Positions 13,395-27,782 of a stretch of DNA of 64,000 bases are shown here, piece after piece. A model generated the notes under the pieces. That model searched no databases, had not been told where the DNA came from, and worked only from the letters and a program-made list of their open reading frames with translations. Both the position numbers and the translations under genes were made by a program. The stretch's first letter is position 1. Each line of letters opens with the position of its first letter. This DNA is from Octopus vulgaris (Eukaryota), in contig OX597839.1 of assembly GCA_951406725.2 (NCBI GenBank), positions 7,812,001 to 7,876,000 of the forward strand, written 5' to 3'.

Positions 13395-13817
13395 TTATTT
13401 ACTTATATTTATATTCATATTTATATTTATATAACAACGAATGTGTGTTGATAAATTTGTGTATGTGAATGTGTGTACATCTTATTGTTTCACGCGCTTT
13501 CATTCTCTCCAACTATCTTGATTCTGATCTTACTGTCTCAATCTCTCTCAGACAAAATGTAACACTCTAGAACAGCTGAGAATCAGTTGGGGGTCTGTCG
13601 ACATTTTGATACGCAACAAATACCGGTTTTGGGTTTTTTTTTTTTACATATGTTTGTGTGTATGTACGGATGTATGCGCATATGTATGTATATATGTATG
13701 AATGCTTGCTTACATGTAGTATATATGTGTCTGTGTGTGTACGTGTATGTATGTAAGTACGTACGTAATTATGTATACCTTACCATTTTTGTATGCATGT
13801 ACACATACATACACATA

Positions 13818-13864
<47 letters not shown>

Positions 13865-14059
13865 AGGGAGAGAGAGATAAGGAAGGAGAGAGGCAATGTT
13901 TATCCCCACCTAAATAAGCTGCTGCTGCTATTGTCCTGGTCGCTGGAACTGGTACCACCACAGCCTCATACACCACTCCTTCAGCCTGACATTAGCCTCC
14001 CGCTGGGCAGACATTGTACTCCCTGCATGAGCAACGGTCCTCTTTCCACGGTTTATGGG

Positions 14060-14340
14060 TGTTTACATATATTCATTTCATGTTGGGTACGCAACTTAAG
14101 GAGACCCTTAGGCTTTGTCTGTTGAACGAACGTCCGTATCTGAGTGTCTGCGTGAAGTTCTTGTCTACTAAACTGAGGAATAATTTTCCCACGCAAGTCT
14201 TGAAGTTGAATCAAAAGGGTGGGTCAAACCGAAGACGTTCCGGCCTGCTTTCTTCCATGTGCTAGTTCCCGGCATATGGGAGATGCGTTCTTTAAACCCA
14301 CAGGACGCCAGGGCCACGTTGTAATAGTTTTGTCCGAGAA
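14060..14340 (-). pseudogene. Penelope-like element RT C-terminal/linker remnant
   Basis: Minus strand with a frameshift and stops: NYYNVALASCGFKERISHM..RNVF/RFDPPF*FNFKTCVGKLFLSLVDKNFTQTLRYGRSFNRQSLRVSLSCVPNMK. This matches the Penelope WFNPPF..NVKTNIGK.FL.LIDKHF....KIFNR..VKVSYSCMPN motif. Confidence 0.8.
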
Positions 14341-14959
14341 ATGTAAGGACCTTTTGGAGGTTATTATTTGTTATATCTGAACGGAGTTTGCGGTGAAAAA
14401 AGGAAGAGGATTTTCGGAATCTTATTTCGAAGGTTCGAGTTCTTTAATTCTGGGTGGGAAACTCCTAGACTTGACCCCGAACGTGTTGGCCACAGGGGAT
14501 GGGGTGCCTTGGTCGTAGAAATACGCCTTCCACCTCATTTAGCAACATTTTTGTATAATGCTCGTCAGGTAGTGTTGGAATATTGTTAAATATCTGATGT
14601 CGTAAAGTTCCATGTAATCTCAGAGTTGGTGGCTTTCCTTAATATGTAAAGCGCGTAGCCGTTGGTACAGCTATCGAACGTAAACCACGTGGTGGCCTTT
14701 TTAAGAGACTCTGTGTCCGGGTCGCGGGTGGATTGTCAGTGGATCATATATCTCATTCATTATTCTCTCCACAGAAACTCACTCACTCTCAAACGCTATC
14801 CTTTGCTCTCCTTCTGCATTCTTTACCTATACCTAAGTTGGTCGCAAAGACGGTAGTAAGTTAGACGAAGACGGATATAACATTACAGATATACATATAA
14901 CAAGAATGAGGGATTGATAGTGAAATACAGAGAGAGTAAGAGAGAGACGTGCGCGCTCT

Positions 14960-16651
14960 CTCACTACCTCTCTCATCAATATTGTTGCTCTCCTTCTCTC
15001 ACTCATAAACTCTCTCTATCTCACCATCGCCTAATTCTGCTCCAATGTCTCAGAAGCACTTCACTGACTACATCTCTCTCTGCCCTCTCTCTTTACCCCT
15101 CTCTCTCTCTCTCACCAATATTGTTGCTCTCCTTCTCTCACTCATGAACTCTCTCTATCTCACCATCGCCTAATTCTACTCCAATGTCTCAGAAGTACTT
15201 CACTAACTACATCTCTCTCTATCCTCTCTATTTCCCTTTCTCTCTCTCTCTCTTTCTTTCCTTTTCTCTCTCTCTCGCTCTCTTTCACCAAGATTGTTGC
15301 TCTCCTTCTCTCCCTCATAAACACTCTCTATCTCACAATCGCCTAATTCTGCTCTAATGTCTCAGAAGCACTTCACTAACTACATCTCTCTCTATCCTCT
15401 CTCTTTCACTTTCTCTCTCTCTCTCTCTGTCACTCTCTCTTTCACCAAGATTGTTGCTCTCCTTCTCTCACTCATAAACTCTCTCTATCTAACCATCGCC
15501 AAAATTCTACTCCAATATCTCAGAAGCACTTCACTGACTACGTCTCTCTCTATCCTCTCTCTTTCCCTTTCTCTCTCTCTCTCTCTCTCTTTCTTTCACC
15601 AAGATTGTTGCTCTCCTTCTCTCACTCATAAACTATCACTCTCTATCTCACCATCGCCTAATTCTACTCCAGTCTCACAGAAGCCTTTTACTCACTACCA
15701 CTTCTCTCTCTCTCCCTCTCCCTCTCTCTTTTACACTCCCTTTTTCTCAGTCATAAACTCTCTCTATCTCACCATCGCCTAATTCTACTCTAATGTCCCA
15801 GAAGCACTTCGCTAACTACATCTCTTTCACTTTCCCTCTCTCTCTCTCTGTCCCTCTCTCTTTCACCAAGATTGTTGCTCTCCTTCTCTCACTCATAAAC
15901 TCTCTCTATCTCACCATCGACTAATTCTATTCCAATGTCTCACAAGCACTTCATTAACTACATCTGTCTCTATCTTCTCTCTTTCCCTTTCTCTCTCTAT
16001 CCCTTTCTCTCCCTCTCTCCTTCTCTCTCACGAAGATTGTTGCTCTCCTTCTCTCACTCATAAACTCTCTCTATCTCACCATCGCCAAAATTCTACTCCA
16101 ATATCTCAGAAGCACTTCACTGAATACATCTCTCTCTATCTCTCTCTTTCCCTTTCTCTCTCTTTCCCTTTCTCTCTCTCTCTCTCTTTCTTTCACCAAG
16201 ATTGTTGCTCTCCTTCTCTCACTCATAAACTCTCTCTATCTCACCATCGCCTAATTCTATTCCAATGTCTCAGAAGCACTTCACTAACTACATCTCTCTC
16301 TATCCTCTCTCTTTCCCTTTCTCTCTCTTTCCCTTTCTCTCTCTCTCTCTCTCTTTCTTTCACCAAGATTGTTGCTCTCCTTCTCTCACTCATAAACTCT
16401 CTCTATCTCACCATCGCCTAATTCTATTCCAATGTCTCAGAAGCACTTCACTAACTACATCTCTCTCTATCCTCTCTCTTTCCCTTTCTCTCTCTTTCCC
16501 TTTCTCTCTCTCTCTCTCTCTCTTTCTTTCACCAAGATTGTTGCTCTCCTTCTCTCACTCATAAACTCTCTCTATCTCACCATCGCCTAATTCTATTCCA
16601 ATGTCTCACAAGCACTTCACTAACTACATCTCTCTCTATCCTCTCTATTTC

Positions 16652-16693
<42 letters not shown>

Positions 16694-16974
16694 ACCAAGA
16701 TTGTTGCTCTCCTTCTCTCACTCATAAACTCTCTCTATCTCACCATCGCCTAATTCTATTCCAATGTCTCACAAGCACTTCACTAACTACATCTCTCTCT
16801 ATCCTCTCCCTTTCCTTTTCTCTCTCTCTCTCCTTCACCAAGATAGTTGCTCCCCTTCTCTCACTCATAAACTCTCTCTATCTCACCATCGCCAAAATTC
16901 TACTCCAATGTCTCAGAAGCACTTCACTAACTACATCTCTCTCTATCCTCTCTCTTTCCCTTTCTCTCTCTTTC

Positions 16975-17011
<37 letters not shown>

Positions 17012-17552
17012 CACCAAGATTGTTGCTCTCCTTCTCTCACTCATAAACTCTCTCTATCTCACCATCGCCAAAATTCTACTCCAATGTCTCAGAAGCACTT
17101 CACTAACTACATCTCTCTCTATCCTCTCTCTTTCCCTTTCTCTCTCTTTCCCTTTCTCTCTCTTTCCCTTTGTCTCTCTTTCCCTTTCTCTCTCTCTCTC
17201 TCTCTCTCTTTCTTTCACCAAGATTGTTGCTCTCTTTCTCTCACTCATAAACTCTCTCTATCTCACCATCGCCAAAATTCTACTCCAATGTCTCAGAAGC
17301 ACTTCACTAACTACATCTCTCTCTATCCTCTCTCTTTCCCTTTCTCTCTCTTTCCCTTTCTCTCTCTTTCCCTTTGTCTCTCTTTCCCTTTCTCTCTCTC
17401 TCTCTCTCTCTCTTTCACCAAGATTGTTGCTCTCCTTCTCTCACTCATAAACTCTCTCTATCTCACCATCGCCAAAATTCTACTCCAATGTCTCAGAAGC
17501 ACTTCACTAACTACATCTCTCTATCCTCTCTCTTTCCCTTTCTCTCTCTTTC

Positions 17553-17588
<36 letters not shown>

Positions 17589-18265
17589 AGATTGTTGCTC
17601 TCCTTCTCTCACTCATAAACTCTCTCTATCTCACCATCGCCAAAATTCTACTCCAATGTCTCAGAAGCACTTCACTAACTACATCTCTCTCTATCCTCTC
17701 TCTTTCCCTTTCTCTCTCTTTCCCTTTCTCTCTCTCTCTCTCTCTCTCTTTCTTTCACCAAGATTGTTGCTCTCCTTCTCTCACTCATAAACTCTCTCTA
17801 TCTCACCATCGCCTAATTCTATTCCAATGTCTCACAAGCACTTCACTAACTACATCTCTCTCTATCCTCTCTCTTTCCCTTTCTCTCTCTTTCCCTTTCT
17901 CTCTTTTCCCTTTGTCTCTCTTTCCCTTTCTCTCTCTCTCTCTCTCTCTTTCTTTCACCAAGATTGTTGCTCTCCTTCTCTCACTCATAAACTCTCTCTA
18001 TCTCACCATCGCCAAAATTCTACTCCAATGTCTCAGAAGCACTTCACTAACTACATCTCTCTCTATCCTCTCTCTTTCCCTTTCTCTCTCTTTCCCTTTC
18101 TCTCTCTCTCTCTCTCTCTCTTTCTTTCACCAAGATTGTTGCTCTCCTTCTCTCACTCATAAACTCTCTCTATCTCACCATCGCCTAATTCTATTCCAAT
18201 GTCTCACAAGCACTTCACTAACTACATCTCTCTCTATCCTCTCTATTTCCCTTTCTCTCTCTTTC

Positions 18266-18306
<41 letters not shown>

Positions 18307-18600
18307 CACCAAGATTGTTGCTCTCCTTCTCTCACTCATAAACTCTCTCTATCTAACCATCGCCAAAATTCTACTCCAATATCTCAGAAGCACTTCACTG
18401 ACTACGTCTCTCTCTATCCTCTCCCTTTCCTTTTCTCTTTGTCTCTCTTTCTTTCACCAAGATTGTTGCTCTCCTTCTCTCACTCATAAACTATCACTCT
18501 CTATCTCACCATCGCCTAATTCTACTCCAGTCTCACAGAAGCCTTTTACTCACTACCACTTCTCTCTCTCTCCCTCTCCCTCTCTCATTTTACACTCCCT
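14960..18600. repeat. CT-rich tandem satellite, about 22 units of about 140-200 bp
   Basis: A constant block (caccaagattgttgctctcc...catcgcc..aattcta..ccaatgtctca.aagcacttcactaactacatc) plus a variable (CT)n spacer is repeated head to tail. Confidence 0.95.
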
Positions 18601-19143
18601 CTCTCTCCCTCTCTCTCCCTCTCCCTCTCTCTTTTTCTCTCCCTCTCTCTCTTTTTCTCTCCCTCTCTCTCCCTCTCTCTCTGTTTCTCTCCCTCTCTCT
18701 TTTTCTCTCCCTCTCTCTCCCTCTCTCTCTGTTTCCCTCCCTCTCTTTTTTTCTCTCCCTCTCTCTCCCTCTCTCTCTCTTTCTCTCCCTCCCTTTCAAA
18801 CCACCAGCCTTGTAGATCTCTACATCTCTAATCTCTCCCTAGCACCCCACTCGTTCACAGACACCCCCACCACCCCATCCAATCGCTCTTTCTCTCTATT
18901 CCTTTCCCGTTTTACGTTCTCAATCTGCCTCTTAATGCTTGTGTCCGTGTTTAGAGCCAGTTCTATACCTCCATATATTGTCTTTGAAGTTGATACGTTT
19001 AATAGCAGTTCAGCACGTGTCCTCTTCTTTTATAAGCTGTCCATATGCGTAGCCGGCATACACGTGTGAGCATGTATATATATTTGTTTGTGTGTGTTTA
19101 TGTCTACTTTATGCAAGTATGTATATTTGTATATGCGTATATT

Positions 19144-19190
<47 letters not shown>

Positions 19191-19221
19191 ATATATCAAC
19201 ATCTATCTCTACATGTGTATG

Positions 19222-19253
<32 letters not shown>

Positions 19254-19302
19254 AGTATATGTGTATATGGATACATGTATACACACACATACACATATAT
19301 AT

Positions 19303-19342
<40 letters not shown>

Positions 19343-19427
19343 TGTGTATACATGTATATGCTGTGTATTAGAATGTGAATGTCAAATATGTGTATATATA
19401 TGTATATATATACACATATATATACAC

Positions 19428-19495
<68 letters not shown>

Positions 19496-20220
19496 GCATA
19501 TATATATATATATATATATATATACGTATATTGCATATATATATATATATATATATATACTCACACACATGTATATATGTAATGATATATGTGTGTGCGT
19601 CTCTGTGCCTCTGTGTGTGTGTGTGTGTTTGTTTGAACATATGCGTACAAGAAGCGTATATAGAGAGGAAGGCTCATATATTTTATTATTTGGCACATAA
19701 ATTGTGAAAAAGGTGCCGCGGACCAATATAATACAGAGTAGGCTGGCGGGAGGGAGATGGCATCATGTCGGGTGGGGGGATGGCATAGTATGTTGTGTTG
19801 TAATATAAGGTATGGTGCAATGCAGTGGTGGTGAGTCGGTGGGTGGCTGGCCAATAGTTGGCTATGGCGTGGTATGGTCTACCGTATTCTTACATAGAAG
19901 TCTGAAGTCTGGCAGCATCGATGTCGAAAGTGTGCTGTGGTCTGCTGTGCTGTTGGTGCGATGTTTTGATGTCAGCGTGGTGTTGGTTATGGTACGTGCG
20001 GGCGTGAACGTGTGTGTGTGTGTGTATGTATGTTTGTGTCAGTACGTGTGTGTATGTATGTGTGTGTGTGATTGTGTGTGTTGGTTTGAAGGGATTTATT
20101 ATCCGAGTGATGTTTGTGTGGGTATGATTTCGAGATACGGCTGTGTTGCATTGCAGCAGTTACGCAGTTATAATCCTCTCTGTGTTATTGCATTTACGAG
20201 TTTGATATATATATATACAC

Positions 20221-20266
<46 letters not shown>

Positions 20267-20291
20267 GTGTGTGTGTGTATGTATGTGTGCG

Positions 20292-20325
<34 letters not shown>

Positions 20326-20439
20326 TATACATATATATACGTGTGTGTGTATGTGTGCGTGCGTATGTATGTATATGTATATATATATATATATATAATT
20401 ATATAGACATATATATATACACACATACACGCATACGCA

Positions 20440-20486
<47 letters not shown>

Positions 20487-20514
20487 TTATCTTTCTCTCT
20501 CTATATATATATGC

Positions 20515-20555
<41 letters not shown>

Positions 20556-20639
20556 TAAATGGATAGATAGATACATATATATATACACAAACACACATAT
20601 ATGCATACGTTATATGTATGTGTGTGTATATTTCAGTTT

Positions 20640-21015
20640 TCTTTTCTCTTTTACTTGTTTCAGACACTGGACTGTGACTGCCTTGATGTGTTTTAGCCGA
20701 ACAGATCAAGCTAAGGACTTATTTCGTCTGGTACGTATTGTTTAATTTTATTTGGACGCATTGCTTGGTTATGGGGACGTAAACAATTGAACACCGGTTT
20801 TTCAGGCAGTTCCGGGTGAGGGGAAACACAAGCTTACACAAACACACACACACGTGCGCGCGCGCGCGCGCGTCTTCGTAAGTTACTCACAAAGCATTGA
20901 TCGGTTCCAGGATTATAGCAGAAAACACTTGCTCAACGTGTCGCGGAGTGGAATTGAACCCGAAGATACGTGGCTGCAAAGCGAACCACTTAGTCTCACA
21001 GCTATGCCTGCACCT
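20640..21015 (-). mobile_element. SINE family A, old and diverged
   Basis: ttttacttgtttcag..ttatggggacgtaaac..acacttgc. Confidence 0.65.
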
Positions 21016-21052
21016 ATTCATGTTGTATTTTTGGGGGGATGGGGTTGAATGT

Positions 21053-21345
21053 GGCACCCCCGTCAGTTACGATGACGTGGGTTCTAGTCGATTCGATCAA
21101 CGGTACAACCTGCTCGTAAAATTCACGTACAATTGGCTGAGTACTCCACAGACATGTACAGTGTGTCACAGAGTGTGTTAAGGCTGGCCGTTTTAATTAC
21201 AGGTACAGCTAATTTTTATCAGCTGAGTGAACTGGATGAACGTGAAATAACGAGTCTTGTTCAAGGACATAATGCGCTGCCTGGAACTGAACTCATGATT
21301 TTACGGTCGTGAGCCGAATAGCCTAACCATTAAGCCACGCGCCTT
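21053..21345 (-). mobile_element. tRNA-derived SINE family D with tail Y
   Basis: Minus-strand head gaaggcgcgtggcttaatggttagg; tail matches 51660-51760. Confidence 0.7.
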
Positions 21346-21985
21346 CTAGTGTATGGATGTTTATAAGCGCATATTGCAGAAAGCTCTGTTCAAGTGGCGG
21401 CTTCACTAGAAACAATACAAAAAGTTAAACTAGTCGCACTAAAAAATGTGCCCCAGCAGGGCCAGTGCCTCTGGCTGAAACCAGTAAAAAATAAAGGGTA
21501 AACGAACTGTTGTAGCCGGTTGATGTACTTCTGTTACTCAGAGTTCCCCCAATTTAAACTTGCTTCCAGGGAACATTTCTAAAGAAATAATGAAATTACT
21601 GGGCCGAGGCGTAGCTGTGTAGTAAGAGGCTTGCTTCTCAACCATGTGGATCTGGGTTCAGTCCTAATGCGTGACACGTTGGGCAAGTGTCTTCTACCCG
21701 TTAATGACTAAAACAAGTTTAAAAATGGATAAAGGATACTCAGAATGGCGTCTGAATGAAGCCGTTTCTTTGGTTAACCTGGGCTTTTTGTATACATGTC
21801 ATTCAGGGGACTCTCATACCGGAGTAGATAACTGGTTGTAAATAATGGTTGTCGGTAGAAATCACTCCAACAACGCTCTCCAGTCTCTCTCTCACTCTCT
21901 AAGTGAGTGAGAGAGAGAGTGAGTGAGAGTGAGAGTGAAATAGAGTGAGAGAGAGGTGTGTAGGTGTCTTTATGTTTGTGTTTAT

Positions 21986-22200
21986 ACCTATTTCTTTACT
22001 ACCCACAAGGGGCTAAACACAGAGAGGACAAACAAGGACAGACAAACGGATTAAGTCGATTATATCGACCCCAGTGCGTAACTGGAACTTATTTAATAGA
22101 CCCCGAAAGGATGAAAGGCAAAGTCGACCTCGGCGGAATTTGAACTCAGAACGTAACGGCAGACGATATACCGACGTGCTAACGATTCTGCCATCTCACC
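21986..22200 (-). mobile_element. SINE family B
   Basis: Family B tail and Nin-like core. Confidence 0.85.
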
Positions 22201-22569
22201 GCCACCATCACTTGAGGGTCAATGCTGTTTTTTTAATGCTGAATGCCCTCGTAACCCATCGGTTTAGAAAAAGCGACCGACACATTAAGTACGAGACTAT
22301 GCCCTTCACGGTTTGCTCCACTGAACCCTTCAACATGGCCGCAGTCCAATGAGTGAAAGAAGTATAAGATATAGTAAAAGAAACATTTCTTATGTTCAGC
22401 GTATTGGCAGGAACATGGGATAGTTTAAAGCTTTACGTTACTCAAAAATACAATGGCTACCACGAATATTATACAGTTTTGCCTTTACAGTAATACTTCA
22501 ATTTATCGTCGGATGTTTTCTACTCTATGCTTCAGATACCGTATTGATTTGCCTCGAAAAAAAATAAAA

Positions 22570-23269
22570 GGAAGTACGATAGTCACAAACATGAAAATAG
22601 TAAATTTTCTAGATAAAACATTTGATCTAAACACAGGCAAATACCAACATTACAAGAAAAAACAGCTATAAAAACACACAGAATAAGGAGTCTAACCACT
22701 CTCCCATAATTATAAAATATATCACAGGTAATATCAATAGAGGAATATTTAATCTATCACATAAGAAAACATTTAATAAAGCTGCCCCATACTTAACAGC
22801 GGTTTCAGTGAGTGAATTTATAGAACAAGCCACCAAAAGTACTAAAACACAGAACAAGAAAATGTAAGAAATAATACAGGGAAAAACGTCTGCAAAAATA
22901 ACAAAGCAATTCTTTTCATGAATACGCACTTCCCCACTTCACATAGCTATCATAAAATATTAAATAAAAATTCTCTTAAAGTCAGCTACAGTTATTTGGA
23001 CAGCATAGAACCACAACTCATGAACCATTATCAAAAACCCCAGAAGCACTTTACAACCAACTCATCGTGAATACTGGTGTAGAGATATATAAACAGCTTC
23101 ACCTATCACAGAAAAATACTGTGAACGTACTACAATATAAATCTAGCGTAAACTTGAAGATTGTACGGAAACCACACATATAGGATGGACAGAAAGGCAC
23201 CTCGAGTCTCAGTGTACACAGAATATTAATTCATACAAGTATAGAAGCAGGATCAACTGTATTTCGTTT

Positions 23270-23270
<1 letters not shown>
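22570..23270 (+). pseudogene. Penelope-like element RT and GIY-YIG remnant
   Basis: Frameshifted NMKIVNFLDKTFDLNTGKYQHYKK / NKESNHSPIIIKYITGNINRGIFNLSHKKTFNKAAPY / HSYHKILNKNSLKVSYS / YKSSV / [20 protein letters not shown], in Penelope domain order. Confidence 0.8.
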
Positions 23271-23351
<81 letters not shown>

Positions 23352-23397
23352 AGTGTCTGCCAGTCTATGTATCTATCTATCTACCTATCTATCTATG

Positions 23398-23554
<157 letters not shown>

Positions 23555-23870
23555 CTATCTATCTACCTATCTATCTACCTATCTACCTATCTATCTACCT
23601 ACCTATCTATCTATCTACCTACCTACCTACCTAACTACCTAACTACCTACATACCTATCTATCTATTAATCAATATATCTATCTTCGTAACTTTAATTAG
23701 GCCATACGACGGACTTCTTCCACGTTCTGTCTCCCAAATTTATTCACAAGACTTTGGTCACTACGAAGCTACAATAGGAGACATTTGCCCAAGGAACCTC
23801 GACATGGGACTGTACCCGGAACCACTTGGTTGGGAAGCAGGCTTCGTACAACATGCGCCCATCATATATA

Positions 23871-23944
<74 letters not shown>

Positions 23945-24467
23945 TTTTCAGTCTCCTTCTCTCAAGTCCTCTCACAACGCTTTGGGCTGTCTGGAGCAAC
24001 AGAAAAATAAACTCGCCCAAGACGACGCAGCTTTGAACTGAACCTAAGATCACATGGTTGGGATGCAAGCTTCTTAGCCACACAGCTACGCCTGAGGCGG
24101 CGTCTTTTGCTCATATGACTGTTTGATCAAGGTTGACTTGATCAAGGGTTAAATAAGAATAACAACAAGACCAGCCATGTAATTTGCATTCGATTGTTTT
24201 ATGCCCCGATCAAAGAAATATCTATTACATTATTAGTTAATCATATTTAGGTTTTCTCTGGAACACAGCCACGTACTGATTGATCATTAGTGTGTAATTA
24301 GTTTATAGGATTGTTAATTATAAGTACAAATACACAAACACACAAACACACAAATACAAACATGTGTATATCTAAATAACATCAAAGATAAATAAATATG
24401 TATAAATAAGCGTATATAGCCATAAACAACACACACACGTGCACAGATACACACACACACACACACA

Positions 24468-24500
<33 letters not shown>

Positions 24501-24562
24501 AAATGCGTCTACTTGTATACACACACAGTCATACATACACGCATATGTATATATATATATGT

Positions 24563-24603
<41 letters not shown>

Positions 24604-24678
24604 GACATGTATTGCGTATTTACAGACATATGTACATGTTTATGCATATTACTATATATAAACATACAGATATAGCTT

Positions 24679-24721
<43 letters not shown>

Positions 24722-24732
24722 ACATATATACC

Positions 24733-24763
<31 letters not shown>

Positions 24764-24772
24764 ACATATATA

Positions 24773-24832
<60 letters not shown>

Positions 24833-25399
24833 TAAAGAGAGAGATATAAACAGAAGGAGAAACATGTCTATATTTATGTAGACAGAACGGTATATAGGTA
24901 TGTATATATGTGTGTGTGTCTATGTATGAATATGCACTCAAACAAAGATGCCTAAATGGGCCCAGGAGTATATTTACACTTAGTTAATGTGAGCTTGGTT
25001 TTAACTATTAGTTAATTTTGTTTCTTTGTTTGTTTGTTTTTTGTTTTGTTGGGGTTTTTTTTTTTGCTTTTTTTCCCCATTGCTCACTTTTTGTTTTATA
25101 TTTCTTTTCCGCGGCCATTTTCTTGTCTTTATTTATTTTCTGTAATTTCGTTCTTTTATATTTTTTTAGCTTTGATATTCATTTTTATGCATCTATAGTT
25201 TTCCAGCGTTCTTGAATTCTATGTGCGTTTCTTGTCTATTTTATTTACATATTTTCTTCTTTTATTATTGTTGTTGTTGTTGTATTTCGTGTTCGTGACA
25301 ATTTTGATGATGGTCACTGTACTGAGGTGTTTAACGATGGCGTTGGTGATGGGGAGGAGGCGGTTGCTACGCTCTGTGAGAATAATATTGATAATGGAG

Positions 25400-25440
25400 A
25401 ACACGATGATGATGGTTGTTGTGGTGGTGGTTGTGATGAA

Positions 25441-25507
<67 letters not shown>

Positions 25508-25529
25508 GTGATGGTAATGATGATGATGT

Positions 25530-25560
<31 letters not shown>

Positions 25561-25799
25561 GGTTAAGACGGTGATGTTAGTGGTGGAGATCATGATGACG
25601 ATGATCATCATCATGAAGATGACCACGTCAACGTCGATGGCGACGACGAAAATTCTAACGATGATGATGATAGTTTTGATGATGACGAAGATGTGCATCG
25701 TCATCAAAATCATTATCATCATCACCATCATCATCATCATTGTCATAATCATCATCATCATCATCATCATCGTCATCATCATCCTCATCATCCTCATCG

Positions 25800-25838
<39 letters not shown>

Positions 25839-25919
25839 CCATCATCATCATCATCGTCGTCGTCGTCATAATCATCATCCTCCTCATCCTTCCTCTTCCA
25901 CCCCCTCCTGCTGCTCCTC

Positions 25920-25951
<32 letters not shown>

Positions 25952-25960
25952 CATCATCAT
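25400..25960. repeat. Compound (GAT)n then (CAT)n microsatellite
   Basis: Read directly; strand polarity flips near 25695. Confidence 0.9.
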
Positions 25961-26040
25961 TGTATCCTCAGCTATCTGTTCGTCTATACGTATGTTGTAC
26001 ATATATTCTTTGCAAGTTTTGCATCGCGTCTATATGACGT

Positions 26041-27035
26041 ACGTGTTCCGTTTGGTTCGCCTTAACTAGAAGCAGAGGAAAATATGAACGTATATATTAG
26101 TTGTTATGCTAAAGTATAACACCATCGCTATTACACACATACATCTCTGCATAAATATAGGCGTGGGAGTGGCTGTGTAGTAAGTAGCTTGCTTACCAAC
26201 AACATGGTTCCAGGTTCAGTCCCACTGCGTGGCACCTTGGGCAAGTGTCTTCTACTATAGCCTCGGGCAGACCAAAGCCTTGTGAGTGGATTTGGTAGAC
26301 GGAAACTCAAAGAAGCCCGTCGTATATATGTATGTATATGTGTGTGTGTATAAATGTTTGTATGTCTTGTATGTCTGTGTTTGTCCCCCACCATCGCTTG
26401 ACAACACATGCTAGTGTGTTTACATCCCTGTAACTTAGCGGTTCGACAAAACAGACTGATAAAATAAGTACTAGGCTTACAAAGAATAAGTCCTGGGGTA
26501 CCCGGGTCTGCGGAATATTGAGCAAGTATACTTTAATTCAGTGGAGGCGCGTGGCTTTGTGGTTAGGGTGTCAGCACCATGATCGTAAGATTATAGTTTC
26601 GATTCCTGAAACGGGCGACGCGTTGTGTTCTTGAGCAAAACACTTCATTTCACGTTGCTCCAGTCCACTCAGCTGGCAAAAATGAGTAACGCTGTGATGG
26701 ACTGGCGTCCCTTCCAGCTGAGGAACACATATGCCATAGAAACCCGGAAACCGGGCCCATGAGCCTGGCTAGGTACTAAGGATTCAAACTGGTAGATATC
26801 CATTTGATGGTTTTTGCAGGTGAAACTAAATTTTTTAACGATTAAAACACTTAAGATCCAAGAACAAACATATTTAGATATGAATTAAAAAAATATATAT
26901 ATTCTTAGATTTTACGTCTATATTTATGCAGAGATGTATGTGTGTAATAGCGATGGTGTTATACTTTAACTATAACTGATATCTACTTTCATATTTTCCT
27001 CTGCTTCTGGTTATGGCGAACTAAACGGAACATGT
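26041..27035. mobile_element. MITE/foldback element with about 120-bp TIRs, carrying two nested SINEs
   Basis: 26041-26162 is an imperfect reverse complement of 26914-27035. SINE A (26160-26500) and SINE D (26541-26772) lie inside. Confidence 0.75.
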
Positions 27036-27336
27036 TACCGTAATTTTACGTTAAACCTGGATGTTCTGTCGAGAAATCAAAAGCTACATGGAAAAAAGGC
27101 ATATAAAAAAAGCTACATAAAAAAGCTCCTTGGTTTACAGATGAGGGAAAGCAAATTTGCTCATTGTTTATGAGTTGGGAAGCAGTTGTTAAGTGAGATA
27201 GAGATTAAAGAATCAACGAAAGAACGTCAATGCGGTTGCTAGGTTAGATTCAAATAGCAACTGAACCTCCTTTAAATAATCCACGCTGTTCTCCTGAAAA
27301 GGGGATTAACTGGACGACAAAGTAAACCCGAATATA

Positions 27337-27497
27337 GGCGCAGGAGTAGCTGTGTGATAAAAAGTTTGCTTCCCAGCCACATGGTTTCGGGTTCAGTCCC
27401 ACTTCGTTGCACCTTCGGCAGGTGTCTTCTACTACAGCCTCGGGCCGACCAAACGTTGTAAGTGGATTTGGTAGACGGAAACTGAAAGAAACCCGTC

Positions 27498-27558
<61 letters not shown>

Positions 27559-27707
27559 GGAGTAAACACATAAATGTGAAACAAGGTGGAAAAAAGAGTA
27601 CTCAAATACCAGTGGTTGAGTAATATGCTTTATTTAAAGCAGCAGAAAATTCAACAAAACCTGTTACTCTAAGTTTCCCGTTGCCGTTCGTCGGACAGTT
27701 TTTGCTA

Positions 27708-27782
<75 letters not shown>

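Noticed and set aside
14960-18600. CRISPR-like repeat/spacer array
   Set aside because: The constant block is over 100 bp, the spacers are (CT)n slippage variants, there are no cas genes, and the context is eukaryotic.
17084-19069. 661-aa ORF
   Set aside because: It is a translation of the CT-rich satellite. The strand is depleted of stop codons and the reading frame shifts between units, so there is no protein-level conservation.
25219-26065. Poly-Met/His/Asp/Ile ORFs (also at about 40.6-41.4, 46.7-47.1 and 56.3-57.0 kb)
   Set aside because: These are trinucleotide microsatellites open in several frames on both strands.
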